This document shows, piece after piece, positions 11,236 to 22,207 of a DNA stretch of 64,000 nucleotides. The notes beneath the pieces were generated by a model. That model did not search any database and was not told where the DNA came from. It saw only the letters and a list, made by a program, of their open reading frames with translations. A program made the translations under genes and the position numbers. The number at the start of each line of letters is the position of its first letter. Position 1 is the stretch's first letter. This DNA is from Dermatophilaceae bacterium (GTDB taxonomy: Bacteria > Actinomycetota > Actinomycetes > Actinomycetales > Dermatophilaceae): assembly GCA_040006675.1 (NCBI GenBank), contig JBDTWM010000002.1, positions 4,177 to 68,176 of the forward strand, read 5' to 3'.

Positions 11236-11786
11236 CGGGTGCCTCCCGCCCGCAGCGGGAGCTGACCTCTCGCGCCCCCGTGCGCGGCGAGTGCCGCGGC
11301 GATCCGCTCCTGTGCCCCGCCGCGCCACACGTGGCACACGGCGAGCGCGAGAGCGTCGGCCGCGTCCGCTGGGCGCGGCGGCGTGTTGAGCCGGAGGATG
11401 CGCGTCACCATCGCGGTCACCTGCGCCTTATCGGCACGGCCGTTGCCCGTGACCGCCGCCTTCACCTCGCTCGGGGTGTGCAGGGCAAGGGGCAGGCCGA
11501 GCCGTGCGGCGGCAAGCATCGGTATCGCGCTCGCCTGCGCGGTGCCCATGATCGTGGACACGTCGTGACGAGCGAAAACGCGCTCCACGGCGATGACGTC
11601 TGGGGTGTAGCGCGCAAGCCACTCGTCGAGTTCGGCCTGCAGGGTCAGGAGCCGCTCGTGAGTGGCGTCGACGCTCGGGGTGCGCGCGACGCCGACCGCG
11701 ACCATGCGCATCGGCCGTCCCAGCTCACCGTCGACGACGCCGAGGCCGCACCGGGTGAGGCCGGGATCGACGCCCAGGACGCGCAT
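11232..11786 (-). CDS. ruvC: Crossover junction endodeoxyribonuclease RuvC
   Basis: MRVLGVDPG start at 11786, [30 protein letters not shown]. Confidence 0.96.
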   Translation of the reverse strand: MRVLGVDPGLTRCGLGVVDGELGRPMRMVAVGVARTPSVDATHERLLTLQAELDEWLARYTPDVIAVERVFARHDVSTIMGTAQASAIPMLAAARLGLPLALHTPSEVKAAVTGNGRADKAQVTAMVTRILRLNTPPRPADAADALALAVCHVWRGGAQERIAAALAAHGGARGQLPLRAGGTR

Positions 11787-12011
11787 GCGCTCCCCTCCCC
11801 GACAGCGGCGCCCCGATGGCGCACATCTGTTCGATCCAGGGTAGCGTCCCACCGATCGGCGGGCTGTTGCGACGCGCCGTCCGGCCGGCCCGCGTCGCGG
11901 CGACACCACAGGTCGCGGCACGCGGCGACCTCAGGAAGCGGCCCGCACCCGCCGTCGACGGATGGTCGAGTTCACGCGTCGAGCTCGCTGATCAAGGCTC
12001 ATTCCTCAGGC

Positions 12012-12776
12012 TCATTCGTCGAGCTCCGCGGCCACCTCGTCACTCACGTCCCCGTTGACCCAGACGTTTTGGACGTCGTCGCTGTCCTCGAGGGCGTCGA
12101 CCAAGCGCATCATGTTCCGGGCGCCCTCGACGTCCAAGGGCACTTCGACGCTCGGGACGAACTCGGCCTCGGCCGAGTCGTAATCGACTCCCGCATCCCG
12201 CAGGGCGCTGCGCACCACGACGAAGTCCGTCGCCTCCGAGACGATCCGGAAGGCGTCGCCGAAGTCGTCGATCTCCTCCGCCCCCGCGTCCAGGACGATC
12301 TCCAGCAGCGCATCCTCGCTGGTCTGCCCATCCTTCTGCTCCTTGGGCACCATCACGACGCCCTTGCGCGTGAAGAGGTAGGCGACGGAACCGGGGTCTG
12401 CCAGCGCGCCGCCATTGCGGGTCAGCGCCGTGCGCACCTCGGCCGCAGCGCGGTTGCGGTTGTCCGTGAGGCACTCGATGAGCACCGCGACGCCATTGCT
12501 GCTGTACCCCTCGTACGTGATCGCCTGGTACTCGGCCCCACCGGCCTCGGCGCCTGAGCCGCGTTTCACCGCCCGGTCGATGTTGTCGTTGGGCACCGAG
12601 GACTTCTTGGCCTTGAGGATCGCGTCGAACAGCGTCGGGTTGCCGACCGGGTCGCCGCCGCCGGTGCGAGCCGCGACCTCGATGTTCTTGATGAGCTTCG
12701 CGAAGAGCTTGCCCCGTCTGGCGTCGATCAGAGCCTTCTTGTGCTTGGTCGTCGCCCACTTGGAGTGACCACTCAT
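12012..12776 (-). CDS. yebC: YebC/PmpR family protein
   Basis: [14 protein letters not shown] start at 12776; [10 protein letters not shown]. Confidence 0.95.
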   Translation of the reverse strand: MSGHSKWATTKHKKALIDARRGKLFAKLIKNIEVAARTGGGDPVGNPTLFDAILKAKKSSVPNDNIDRAVKRGSGAEAGGAEYQAITYEGYSSNGVAVLIECLTDNRNRAAAEVRTALTRNGGALADPGSVAYLFTRKGVVMVPKEQKDGQTSEDALLEIVLDAGAEEIDDFGDAFRIVSEATDFVVVRSALRDAGVDYDSAEAEFVPSVEVPLDVEGARNMMRLVDALEDSDDVQNVWVNGDVSDEVAAELDE

Positions 12777-12927
12777 CGCCTGTCGTCTCCCTGCTGTCCG
12801 ATCATGATCGCCGACATCCGCCGTTGCGGCGCGTGGCCGGCGCCGGCCGAGGAACGCGCGTTTGTGAAGCGACGCTCCCGCTCGTACGTGCGGGTTCTCG
12901 TTACGCCGCGCCGGGGGACGTCCGAGC

Positions 12928-13560
12928 CTACCGGTCCCGCACGATGTCCACGAAGTGGGCATGGACGCGGTCGTCGCCGCCGACCTCCGGGTGGAACGAC
13001 GTAGCGAGCAGCGCGCCCTGGCGGACCGCCACCACCCGCGCGGTCGGCGAGCCGGCCTCCGCGACGCGGCGCGGCAGAAACGCCAGCGCCTGCACGCTAG
13101 GCCCCATCTGTTCGACCCACGGCGCGCGGATGAAGACGGCGCGGAAGGTACGACCGGGATCGGTCACCTCCGCGATGTCGAGATCTACCTCGAAACTGTC
13201 CACTTGGCGCCCGAAGGCGTTGCGGCGCACCGTCATGTCGATCCCGCCAAGCGTCTGCTGGTCAGGGATCCCGTCGGCCACACGGTCGGCCAGCAGGATC
13301 ATGCCGGCGCACGAGCCATAGATCGGCAGCCCGTCCGCGATCCGCGCGCGGACCGGCTCCCGCAGCCCGAACGCGCGCAGCAGCTTGTCGATGACCGTGG
13401 ACTCGCCCCCCGGGATCACCAGTCCGGCCACCCCGGCGAGCTCCTCGCGGCGCCTGACCGGTACGGCGGCCGCACCGCAGCGCTCCAGAGCCGCCGCATG
13501 CTCGCGGACGTCGCCCTGGATGGCCAGCACGCCGATCCGCACTGGAGGACCCGGATTCAC
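12928..13560 (-). CDS. pdxT: PLP synthase glutaminase subunit
   Basis: [32 protein letters not shown]. Confidence 0.95.
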   Translation of the reverse strand: MNPGPPVRIGVLAIQGDVREHAAALERCGAAAVPVRRREELAGVAGLVIPGGESTVIDKLLRAFGLREPVRARIADGLPIYGSCAGMILLADRVADGIPDQQTLGGIDMTVRRNAFGRQVDSFEVDLDIAEVTDPGRTFRAVFIRAPWVEQMGPSVQALAFLPRRVAEAGSPTARVVAVRQGALLATSFHPEVGGDDRVHAHFVDIVRDR

Positions 13561-14456
13561 CAGCCGCGGTCGGCCATCCGGTGCGGTACCGGGATGTCGT
13601 CCACGTTGATGCCCACCATGGCTTCGCCAATTCCTCGGGAGACCTCCGCGATCACCGTCGGATCGTCATAGAAGGTGGTCGCCTTGACGATCGCGGCCGC
13701 CCGCTTGGCGGGGTCACCCGACTTGAAGATGCCTGAGCCGACGAACACGCCTTCCGCGCCGAGCTGCATCATCATCGCCGCGTCGGCCGGGGTGGCGATG
13801 CCGCCCGCCGTGAACAGGACGACCGGCAGCTTGCCGGCCTCCGCGACCTCCTTGACCAGCTCGTACGGGGCCTGCAGCTCCTTCGCCGCCACGTACAGCT
13901 CGTCCGGCACCATGTTCTGCAACCGACGAATCTCCTTGCGCAGCTGGCGCATGTGGGTGGTGGCGTTAGACACGTCGCCGGTGCCGGCCTCGCCCTTGGA
14001 GCGGATCATCGCGGCGCCCTCGGTGATCCGCCGCAGCGCCTCTCCAAGATTGGTCGAACCGCACACGAACGGCACGGTGAACGCCCACTTGTCGATGTGG
14101 TTCTCGTAGTCGGCCGGAGTGAGCACCTCAGACTCGTCGATGTAGTCCACCCCGAGGCTCTGCAACACCTGCGCTTCGACGAAGTGCCCGATGCGGGCCT
14201 TGGCCATGACCGGCACCGACACCGCCTCCATGATGCTGACGATCATGTCGGGGTCGCTCATGCGGGAGACGCCCCCCTGGGCGCGGATGTCCGCGGGGAC
14301 GCGCTCGAGCGCCATCACCGCCACGGCCCCGGCGTCCTCGGCGATCTTCGCCTGGTCGCGGGTGACGACGTCCATGATGACGCCGCCCTTCAGCATCTCA
14401 GCCATGCCGCGCTTGACGCGGGAGGTGCCGGTGGTGGTGGTGTGCTCGATGCTCAC
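13557..14456 (-). CDS. pdxS: PLP synthase lyase subunit
   Basis: [35 protein letters not shown]. Start is approximate (GTG 14456). Confidence 0.96.
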   Translation of the reverse strand: MSIEHTTTTGTSRVKRGMAEMLKGGVIMDVVTRDQAKIAEDAGAVAVMALERVPADIRAQGGVSRMSDPDMIVSIMEAVSVPVMAKARIGHFVEAQVLQSLGVDYIDESEVLTPADYENHIDKWAFTVPFVCGSTNLGEALRRITEGAAMIRSKGEAGTGDVSNATTHMRQLRKEIRRLQNMVPDELYVAAKELQAPYELVKEVAEAGKLPVVLFTAGGIATPADAAMMMQLGAEGVFVGSGIFKSGDPAKRAAAIVKATTFYDDPTVIAEVSRGIGEAMVGINVDDIPVPHRMADRGW

Positions 14457-14653
14457 AGCGCTGACGTCAACTTTCGGGATGTGGGGGTGCGGAGCGTGGG
14501 GTGCTGACGCGGGTCGATCCTGCGGTGCGCGGGCGGCCCAGTCCGCTTGATCGAGCATATCCGCATCCCTGCTGACGCCGCCGCGCTTCCCCGGTGAACG
14601 GTGTTGGTTCGGGAAGCGGCCGTCTCATCTTCCCGATGCGGCGCCACCTCGTG

Positions 14654-15214
14654 TCACCGACGAAGCGGCAGGTCGTCATCGAACTCGACGGTGCGCGGCA
14701 GATCGGTGTACCCCGCCAGCCGGAACACCCGTACGAGGAGGTTGCGCCGCAGGCGCAGCACGTCGGTGATCGCGTCGTTGTGGAAGCGCCGCGCCATCGT
14801 CACCCGTTGGTGTGCGTCGTCGAGGCGCGTGAGCGCCTCCGTTCGTACGCTGTCGTCCACGTTCTGCTCACGCGTCGCGGACTGCGTCCCCGCCTGCCCT
14901 GCCGCGGTCACAAGCCGCAGCGCGTGCGTGAGCTCACTCTCAATAGCCTCCCGCTCGACCTGGGCCGCGTCACCCGCTTCCAGGGAGTCGGTCGCCGCTC
15001 CAGCGACGATCAGCGCCCCGGCAGGGTCGAGGGCGCCCGAGTTCGCCAGTTCCAACACCGCCTCGGCACGGCGAACGAGCTGCGCGTCGAGGGCGGCGTA
15101 CGTGCTCTCCACACGGGTATGTAGCCGGTCGAGGCGCGCGGCCGTGTACGTGAGATACCACGCGACGGCGATCAGCAGGATGACGACGAGGCTCAAGACC
15201 TCCAGGAAGCTCAC
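14654..15214 (-). CDS. Membrane-anchored LemA-like helical protein of the PIM cluster
   Basis: N-terminal TM helix, ALDAQLVRRA, RRFHNDA; directly downstream of the pimA-like gene. Confidence 0.65.
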   Translation of the reverse strand: MSFLEVLSLVVILLIAVAWYLTYTAARLDRLHTRVESTYAALDAQLVRRAEAVLELANSGALDPAGALIVAGAATDSLEAGDAAQVEREAIESELTHALRLVTAAGQAGTQSATREQNVDDSVRTEALTRLDDAHQRVTMARRFHNDAITDVLRLRRNLLVRVFRLAGYTDLPRTVEFDDDLPLRR

Positions 15215-16473
15215 GGACTTCTCCTTTCCCGCCGCTCGCCCGCGCGGTGGGACAGACGCAGGACGCGCTCCCCCCAGGACGCCCGCTCGACGTCGGAGCC
15301 GCGGCCCTTGCGCTCCACCGGATCCTTCGCGTGCGCCGGACGCACTTCGTGGCGTGCGGCGCTGGTTCCGGCGGTCACGGTCTCGTACACGGCCAGCACG
15401 TCCGCCGCGACCGTGGACCAGTCGTACCGGCGGGCGTGTCGGAACCCCCTCCCGGTGAACAACTGTCGGCGGGCGACGTCGCCCAGCAAGCCTCCCAACG
15501 TGTCGGCGAGCGCGACCGCGTCACCGACATGGAAGAGCACCCCCGCCCTCCCGTTGTCGAGCACCCTGGCGAACGCGGCCAGGTCGCTCGCCACGACGGG
15601 GGCCCCTGCGGCCATCGCCTCAACCAGAACGATGCCGAAGCTCTCGCCGCCGAGGTGGGGCGCGACATACACGTCGACGCTGCGGAGCAGCGACTGCTTA
15701 TCCGCATCGCTCACCCCGCCGAGGAAGGTCACGCACGCTCGGTCGTCGGGGGTCAGTCGCGAGCGTGCCGCGTGCTCGTCGCCGTGACCAGCGACGAGGA
15801 CCCGGACACCCGGGTGGGTGACGCGGAGGTGAGGAAGCGCCTCGAAGAGCACGTTCAGTCCCTTGCGCGGCTCGTCGAGCCGCCCCAGGAACGCGACGGT
15901 CGGGCTCCCTGGGCTGCCCTGCCACTCCGGGCGCACCCGGGCCTGGGCGAACCGGTCGACGAACACGCCGTTCGGGATCACCACCGCGTCGCCGCCGATA
16001 TGCGTGATGACGGTCTCCCGCGCTGCCTCCGAGACGGCGATGCGGCCGTTGATCTTCTCGAAGCTGGCCCGCACCAGCGGGTAGGCGGACTGCATGGCTC
16101 GGGAGCGCACGAAGCTCGTGTGGAACGTGGCCACGGTCGGGCCGTCCACCGCCCACAGGGCGAGGATCGACAGGCTCGGCACGATCGGCTCGTGGATATG
16201 CACCACGTCGAAACCGCCGGACTCCAGCCAGCGCGCCACCTTGCCGGCCGTGATCGGTCCGAACGCCAGTCGGGCCACCGACCCGTTGTAACGCACTGGG
16301 ACCGTCTTGCCCGTCCCCACAACGTAGTCCGGCAGCGGGGTGTCCTCCTCCGCTGGGGCGAGCACCCTCACGTGGTGCCCGCCCGCGATGAGCGCCTCGG
16401 CGAGATCCCGGACGTGGAACTGCACCCCACCAGGCACGTCGAAGCTGTATGGGCACACGATCCCGACCCTCAT
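15211..16473 (-). CDS. pimA: Phosphatidyl-myo-inositol mannosyltransferase (GT4)
   Basis: MRVGIVCPYSFDVPGGVQFHV, GRLDEPRKG, ESFGIVLVEAMAAG; pgsA-acyltransferase-pimA order. Confidence 0.88.
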   Translation of the reverse strand: MRVGIVCPYSFDVPGGVQFHVRDLAEALIAGGHHVRVLAPAEEDTPLPDYVVGTGKTVPVRYNGSVARLAFGPITAGKVARWLESGGFDVVHIHEPIVPSLSILALWAVDGPTVATFHTSFVRSRAMQSAYPLVRASFEKINGRIAVSEAARETVITHIGGDAVVIPNGVFVDRFAQARVRPEWQGSPGSPTVAFLGRLDEPRKGLNVLFEALPHLRVTHPGVRVLVAGHGDEHAARSRLTPDDRACVTFLGGVSDADKQSLLRSVDVYVAPHLGGESFGIVLVEAMAAGAPVVASDLAAFARVLDNGRAGVLFHVGDAVALADTLGGLLGDVARRQLFTGRGFRHARRYDWSTVAADVLAVYETVTAGTSAARHEVRPAHAKDPVERKGRGSDVERASWGERVLRLSHRAGERRERRSP

Positions 16474-17447
16474 GCGGCCCCCCCGGGTGGTTCGCCCCGG
16501 CGACGCCTCCGGGGTGCGATCAGCTCGGGGGGCGCCTCGTCGGTGAAGACCCGCTGCATCATGTGCCAGTCGTGCGTGTGCGTGCCGACCGCCGCGGTCA
16601 GCACGTCGGCGCAGGCCTGCGTCATGGCCTCCACGCGCGCGCGCGTCCGGCCCGCGCCGGGGTCCTGGACACGGTCGTGGAACGTCACCACAGTGCGGTA
16701 GCCACCCGGCAGCTCGCGACGCGGCGCCGGCTCGTAATGCACGGACACCGGGGCCAGTACGGCCCCGGTCGCGACCGCGAGCGCCGCCGGACCGGCGGCC
16801 ATCCGCGCGGGCAACCCGCAGAAGTCGACGGCCACCCCCTGGGCCGTGAGATCGCGATCCGCGAGCAGCGCCACAACCGCTCCCCCGAGACGAACCGTCT
16901 CCACGAGGGCGGGGAACGGCGGGGCGCCGCCGGTCAGCGGGAGCACCTCCAAGCCCAGCCGACGCCGGAACGCCACGAACTCGTCATACAGCGCCTCGGG
17001 GCGCAGCCGCTCCGCGACCGTCGTCACCGGACCGAACTGCGTCGTGGACCAGGCGCCGGCGAGATCCCAGTTGCCCAGGTGGCCGAGGAAACACACGACG
17101 GATCCTCCGGCGGCCAGCTCCGCGCGGTGCGGGCCGGTCCCGACGGCCCGCACCGAGGCGGCGATCTGCCCGACGGTCATGTCGGGCAGGCGAAACGCCT
17201 CACACCAGTAGCGCAGGTACGACCGCATCCCCGCGCGCACCAGGGCCTCCAGCTGCTCGCTGTCGACCTCGGGCCGGACGCGAGCGTAGTTCGCCCGCAA
17301 GCGCCGTACGTCTCGGGTGTCGCGGAGGTAGGCAGCGTCGGCGAGTGCCGCGAACAGCCCGTACGCGCGAGCGGCGGGCATCCGGCGCACGCCGCGCCAC
17401 CCGGCGCGGAACGCCTCCCGGGCGATGCGATCCCCTGCCCGGCTCAC
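16470..17447 (-). CDS. Phosphatidylinositol mannoside acyltransferase (PatA/lipid A lauroyltransferase family)
   Basis: GTG at 17447 overlaps the pgsA stop; HLGNWD and LLADRDL motifs. Confidence 0.9.
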   Translation of the reverse strand: MSRAGDRIAREAFRAGWRGVRRMPAARAYGLFAALADAAYLRDTRDVRRLRANYARVRPEVDSEQLEALVRAGMRSYLRYWCEAFRLPDMTVGQIAASVRAVGTGPHRAELAAGGSVVCFLGHLGNWDLAGAWSTTQFGPVTTVAERLRPEALYDEFVAFRRRLGLEVLPLTGGAPPFPALVETVRLGGAVVALLADRDLTAQGVAVDFCGLPARMAAGPAALAVATGAVLAPVSVHYEPAPRRELPGGYRTVVTFHDRVQDPGAGRTRARVEAMTQACADVLTAAVGTHTHDWHMMQRVFTDEAPPELIAPRRRRRGEPPGGAA

Positions 17448-18061
17448 GAGGGCGCGAGGATGTGTCGGCGCACCGCCATCATGCGCTGCAGCACGGTGAT
17501 CGAGCTGGCGAGGGCAAGAAGTCCGAGGGTGATCGTGAGCACGAGGTCCGGCCACCCGAACAGGCCGGTCAGCCCGGTCGCGGCGAGAGCCACCACGAGC
17601 CGGTCGGCGCGCTCGGCGATCCCGGTGTTGGCGGCTGTGATCCCGAGCCCCTCGGCACGGGCCCGCGCGTAGCTGGTCACGAAGCCGAACACGAGGCACG
17701 CGAGGGCGAACCAGGCGGTGAGCTCCCCGTCGGGGCGTGCGGCGAAGCACAGGAGCAGGCCGCCGAACACCGCACCGTCGCCGATCCTGTCCAACGTGGA
17801 GTCGAGGAAGGCGCCCCAGGTGCTCGTGCGGCCCGACAAGCGCGCCATCGTCCCGTCGAGGGTGTCGGAGAAGACGAACAGCACGATGACGAGCGTCCCT
17901 GTCCAGAATTCGTGGCGGGGGTAGAAGGCGAGCGCGCCGACGCACACTCCGATGGTCCCGATGATCGTGACCATGTCGGGGGTGAGGCCCATGCGCAGGG
18001 CCACCCGGGCCACGGGTGTGAGCATCCGGGTCATGAAGGCGCGCGCGAATCTGTTCAGCAT
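17444..18061 (-). CDS. pgsA: Phosphatidylinositol phosphate synthase (CDP-alcohol phosphatidyltransferase)
   Basis: SDTLDGTMAR-x-G-x-FLDSTLDRIGD motif. Confidence 0.92.
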   Translation of the reverse strand: MLNRFARAFMTRMLTPVARVALRMGLTPDMVTIIGTIGVCVGALAFYPRHEFWTGTLVIVLFVFSDTLDGTMARLSGRTSTWGAFLDSTLDRIGDGAVFGGLLLCFAARPDGELTAWFALACLVFGFVTSYARARAEGLGITAANTGIAERADRLVVALAATGLTGLFGWPDLVLTITLGLLALASSITVLQRMMAVRRHILAPS

Positions 18062-18220
18062 GGTGAGGCCAGCGTACTGATCGACTCACGGCGCCTGCGG
18101 CCTCCGCCACCGCTTCGGTGCGCTCCTGGCCGCCCGGATGGCGGCTGTGGTGCATCTGTCATCGAATTCCTGACCCGAAGCGCTTGTCCGTATGCGGTCG
18201 GCGAGGCATGGTGAGGGACC

Positions 18221-20332
18221 ATGAGCGGCAGACCAGCATCCACCACGTCAGCACCCGTCGCCACGACCCCGGACGGGCTGCGCAATGTCGTCCTCGTCGG
18301 CCCAAGCGGCTCCGGCAAGTCGCGCCTCTTCGACTATCTGGTCGCGACGACAACTCCCGGCTATCGGCCCACTCGCGCGGACGAGCGATCCACCCAGCTG
18401 TCGATCGCTGCGCTGGCTGCGGGGGACGCGGTCATCAACCTCATCGACACCCCCGGCTACCCGGACTTCGTCGGCGACCTGCGCGCCGGCCTGCGAGCAG
18501 CCGACGCCGCGATCTTCGTGGTCTCCGCCGCGGAGGGCGTGGACCCCTCCACTCGGCGCCTGTGGCATGAGTGCGCCCAGATCTCCAAGCCACGCGCCGT
18601 CGTCATCACGAAGCTCGATGCCGGTCGGGCGGACTACGAAACGATCCTGGCCGAATGCCAGGATGTCTTCGGCGAGAGCGTGCTGCCGCTGGCCGTGCCG
18701 GAGCTCGGCGCCGGCGGCTCGCTCGACCGCACGGTCGACCTCGTGCTCGGCGAGGTGCACGACTACACCGGCGAACAGCGGACGATCGCCAAGACCGGCC
18801 CGGAACACGTCGTGCACTTCGACACGTACCAGGGCCCGCTGATGGAGGGCATCATCCAGGAGGCGGAGGACGACTCCCTCCTGGACCGTTACCTGGAGGG
18901 TGAGGAGATCCCCTTCCACGTCGTGGAAGAAGCGCTGCTCAAGGCGCTGTCGCGGGCGTCCTTCTTCCCCGTGCTGCCCGTCTCCGTCGCGACCGGCGCG
19001 GGCGTCGACGTGCTACTGCACCTCATCGAGAAGGGATTCCCGCCGCCCACCATGCGCCGCTTGCCCGCGATCTACACCACCGCGGGTGCGGATGTGTCGG
19101 ACGTGGCGGTATCGGCCGACGGGCCACTCCTGGCTCAGGTGATCAAGACCACCTCCGACGCGTACGTGGGCGCCGTCGCCGTCGTCCGGGTGTTCAGCGG
19201 CACCTTGCACCCGGACTCGAACGTGCACGTCTCGGGTCACATGGAGTCGCTTGCCGGACGCGGCATCGAGGGCCACCACGACCACGACGAGGACGTGCGC
19301 CTCGGCCCGCTGAGCTCCCCCCTCGGCGACACGCTGCGCCCCAAGGACGAGGCGATCGCCGGCGACATCGCGGTCGTCGCCAAGCTGCCCGCCGCCCGGA
19401 CCTCCGACACGCTGTCCGACAGGGACACGCCCATGGTCGCGAAACCGTGGGATCTGCCTGAGGCGCTTCTTCCGGCCGCGATCAAGGCGGTGAGCCGCGC
19501 CGACGATGACAAGCTTCCCGCCGCGCTGCAACGCATGGCTGCCGGCGACCCGTCGCTGCGCGTGGAGCACAACGCCGAGACGGCGCAGGTCGTGCTGTGG
19601 ACGATGGGTCAGACCCACCTCGACATGGTCATGGACCGCCTCAGGAATCAGCTCAACGTCAACGTCGAGACCGAGCCGCTCAAGATCGCGCTGCGCGAGA
19701 CGTTCGTCGGCGCGTCCGGGGGAAAGGGTCGGCACGTCAAGCAGTCCGGTGGACATGGGCAATATGCCGTGTGCGACATCGAAGTCCAGCCCACCGAGCG
19801 CGGCGCGGGCTTCGAGTTCGTGGACAGGGTCGTCGGCGGCTCCGTGCCTCGCCAGTTCATCCCCTCGGTGGAGAAGGGCGTGCGGGCACAACTGCAGAAG
19901 GGCTGCCTCGCCGGATACCCGATGGTCGACGTTCGTGTCACCCTGTTCGACGGTAAGGCGCACTCCGTCGACTCCTCCGACGCCGCGTTCCAGATGGCGG
20001 GCTCGCTCGCCCTGAAGGAGGCGGCAGCCAAGCCGGGGGTGGCCACCCTGCTGGAGCCGATCGATCTGCTCACCGTGATGATCCCCGACGAGTACGTCGG
20101 CGCCGTGATGACCGACCTGCAGGGCCGGCGCGGACGACTGCAGGGCACCGAGCAGGGCGACCAGGAGGGAACGACCGTCGTCAAGGGCGAGATCCCACAG
20201 CTCGAGCTCGCGCGCTACGCGGTCGACCTGCGTTCGCTGTCCCAGGGCTCCGGTGCGTTCACGCGAGAGATGGTCGGCTACGAGCAGATGCCGCAGCGCC
20301 TTGTGGCAGAGCAGATGGCGGCCAAGGGCTGA
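18221..20332 (+). CDS. Elongation factor G-like protein EF-G2
   Basis: GPSGSGKS, DTPG, TKLD, KQSGGHGQY, DSSDAAF, LLEP: actinobacterial EF-G paralog with degenerate G motifs. Confidence 0.88.
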   Translation: MSGRPASTTSAPVATTPDGLRNVVLVGPSGSGKSRLFDYLVATTTPGYRPTRADERSTQLSIAALAAGDAVINLIDTPGYPDFVGDLRAGLRAADAAIFVVSAAEGVDPSTRRLWHECAQISKPRAVVITKLDAGRADYETILAECQDVFGESVLPLAVPELGAGGSLDRTVDLVLGEVHDYTGEQRTIAKTGPEHVVHFDTYQGPLMEGIIQEAEDDSLLDRYLEGEEIPFHVVEEALLKALSRASFFPVLPVSVATGAGVDVLLHLIEKGFPPPTMRRLPAIYTTAGADVSDVAVSADGPLLAQVIKTTSDAYVGAVAVVRVFSGTLHPDSNVHVSGHMESLAGRGIEGHHDHDEDVRLGPLSSPLGDTLRPKDEAIAGDIAVVAKLPAARTSDTLSDRDTPMVAKPWDLPEALLPAAIKAVSRADDDKLPAALQRMAAGDPSLRVEHNAETAQVVLWTMGQTHLDMVMDRLRNQLNVNVETEPLKIALRETFVGASGGKGRHVKQSGGHGQYAVCDIEVQPTERGAGFEFVDRVVGGSVPRQFIPSVEKGVRAQLQKGCLAGYPMVDVRVTLFDGKAHSVDSSDAAFQMAGSLALKEAAAKPGVATLLEPIDLLTVMIPDEYVGAVMTDLQGRRGRLQGTEQGDQEGTTVVKGEIPQLELARYAVDLRSLSQGSGAFTREMVGYEQMPQRLVAEQMAAKG

Positions 20333-20343
20333 TCGGCCTTAGA

Positions 20344-20445
20344 GCTGATCGTTCGGGGCTGATCGTTCGGGGCTGATCGTTCGGGGCTGATCGGTTCGGG
20401 GCTGATCGGTTCGGGGCTGATCGGTTCGGGGCTGATCGGTCCGGG
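20344..20445. repeat. Intergenic tandem repeat: 3 x GCTGATCGTTCGGG, 3 x GCTGATCGGTTCGGG, 1 variant
   Basis: 14-mers at 20344, 20358, 20372; 15-mers at 20386, 20401, 20416; GCTGATCGGTCCGGG at 20431. Confidence 0.95.
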
Positions 20446-20540
20446 GCGGATCGGGCCCTTAGGATCGGGGGCGGCGCTCGTGGTCTCACCACGGGGGCGC
20501 CGTCGATGTTCCGTACCCGAACCGACCCAGGAGACCCGCC

Positions 20541-22121
20541 GTGAGTTCCCTGCACGTCTATGACACGACCCTGCGCGACGGGGCCCAGCAGGAGGGTCTC
20601 AACCTGTCCGTCGAGGACAAGCTGGCGATCGCGCGGCACCTGGACGACCTGGGCGTCGGATTCATCGAGGGCGGGTGGCCCGGTGCGAACCCTAAGGACA
20701 CCGAGTTCTTCGCGCGGGCGGCACGCGAACTGAACCTGCGCAACGCCCAGCTGGCGGCGTTCGGTGCGACCCGACGGGCTGGGACGAGAGCGGCGGACGA
20801 CCCGCAGGTTCGGGCGCTCCTCGACGCGCACACGGACGTCATCACGCTGGTGGCCAAGTCGCACGTTCGGCACGTCGAGCTGGCGCTTCGGACCTCCCCG
20901 GGGGAGAACCTGGAGATGATCCGGGACACGGTCACGTTCCTGCGCGGGGAGGGTCGGCGGGTCTTTCTCGACGCGGAGCACTTCTTCGACGGCTACCGCG
21001 CCGACCGGGCGTACGCGTTGGAAGTGCTTCAGGTAGCAGCGGAGTCAGGGGCCGAGGTCATCGCTTTGTGCGACACCAACGGCGGCATGCTGCCCGACCA
21101 GATCGGCGAGACGGTCGTCGACGTGCTCGACGTCAGCGGCGCCCGTCTGGGCATCCACTGCCACGACGACACCGGGTGCGCGGTCGCCAACAGTCTGGCC
21201 GCGGTGTCCGCCGGGGTCACCCACGTCCAGGGGACCATCAACGGCTACGGCGAGCGGACGGGTAACGCGAACCTCATCACCGTGGTCGCGAACCTGCAGC
21301 TCAAGCGCGGGTTTTCGCTGCTGTCGCAGGACCACCTGCAGGAGGCCACTCGGATCGCCCACTCCATCGCAGAGGTCACCAACATCGCGCCCACCTCCCG
21401 GCAGCCGTACGTCGGTGCGAGCGCGTTCGCCCATAAGGCCGGACTGCACGCCAGCGCGATCAAGATCGACAGTGACCTCTATCAGCACCACGACCCGGCG
21501 GCCGTCGGCAACGAGATGCGGATGCTCGTCTCCGACATGGCCGGGCGGGCGAGCATCGAGCTCAAGGGACGCGAGCTGGGCTTCGATCTCGCCGAGGACA
21601 AAGACCTGCTCGCGAAGGTGCTGGCAGAGGTCAAGGCGTTGGAGGCCGGGGGCTATACCTTCGACGCGGCGGACGCCTCGTTCGAGATGCTGCTGCGTCG
21701 CCAGCTCGGGGAGGACCTGGCCTACTTCGAGGTGGAGTCCTGGCGCGTCACGACCGACCACCAGGGCAGGGCACCGGCCATGTCCGAGGCGAGCGTGAAG
21801 ATCCATGCGGACGGGGCGCGGCACATCGCGCTGGGAGAGGGAAACGGCCCCGTCAACGCGCTGGACCACGCGTTGCGCCTCGCGCTACTGAAGGTGTACC
21901 CCGAGCTGGGCCAGATCGAGCTGATCGACTTCCGGGTCCGCATCCTGGAGGCGTCGCATGGCACCGACGCGGTGACGCGTGTCCTCATCGAGCACCAGAA
22001 CGGCGACACGGCGTGGTCAACGGTCGGAGTGGCCGCCAATATCGTGGAGGCCAGCTGGGTCGCGCTCGTGGACGGGATCTCCTACGGGCTGATGCGAATG
22101 GGCGTGTCGCCGCGCCGCTGA
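20541..22121 (+). CDS. cimA: Citramalate synthase
   Basis: YDTTLRDGAQQEG, FLDAEHFFDG, HCHDD, GYGERTGN, AFAHKAGLH, C-terminal GNGPVNAL regulatory domain. Confidence 0.9.
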   Translation: MSSLHVYDTTLRDGAQQEGLNLSVEDKLAIARHLDDLGVGFIEGGWPGANPKDTEFFARAARELNLRNAQLAAFGATRRAGTRAADDPQVRALLDAHTDVITLVAKSHVRHVELALRTSPGENLEMIRDTVTFLRGEGRRVFLDAEHFFDGYRADRAYALEVLQVAAESGAEVIALCDTNGGMLPDQIGETVVDVLDVSGARLGIHCHDDTGCAVANSLAAVSAGVTHVQGTINGYGERTGNANLITVVANLQLKRGFSLLSQDHLQEATRIAHSIAEVTNIAPTSRQPYVGASAFAHKAGLHASAIKIDSDLYQHHDPAAVGNEMRMLVSDMAGRASIELKGRELGFDLAEDKDLLAKVLAEVKALEAGGYTFDAADASFEMLLRRQLGEDLAYFEVESWRVTTDHQGRAPAMSEASVKIHADGARHIALGEGNGPVNALDHALRLALLKVYPELGQIELIDFRVRILEASHGTDAVTRVLIEHQNGDTAWSTVGVAANIVEASWVALVDGISYGLMRMGVSPRR

Positions 22122-22207
22122 CGTGCCGATTCGGTGGATCCCTGCCTGCCCCGTCGGCCGGCCGACCATCGCTTGCACGACGGCCGCCCACGGGCACCAA
22201 GGACTCC

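Noticed and set aside
10593-12557. 654-aa plus-strand ORF, and other long Arg/Pro-rich ORFs such as 23961..25805, 7301..8656 and 15247..16701
   Set aside because: All lie antisense to well-supported genes and have no motifs or protein-like composition.
20344-20445. Possible CRISPR array
   Set aside because: Units are 14-15 bp and directly adjacent, with no unique spacers and no cas genes.
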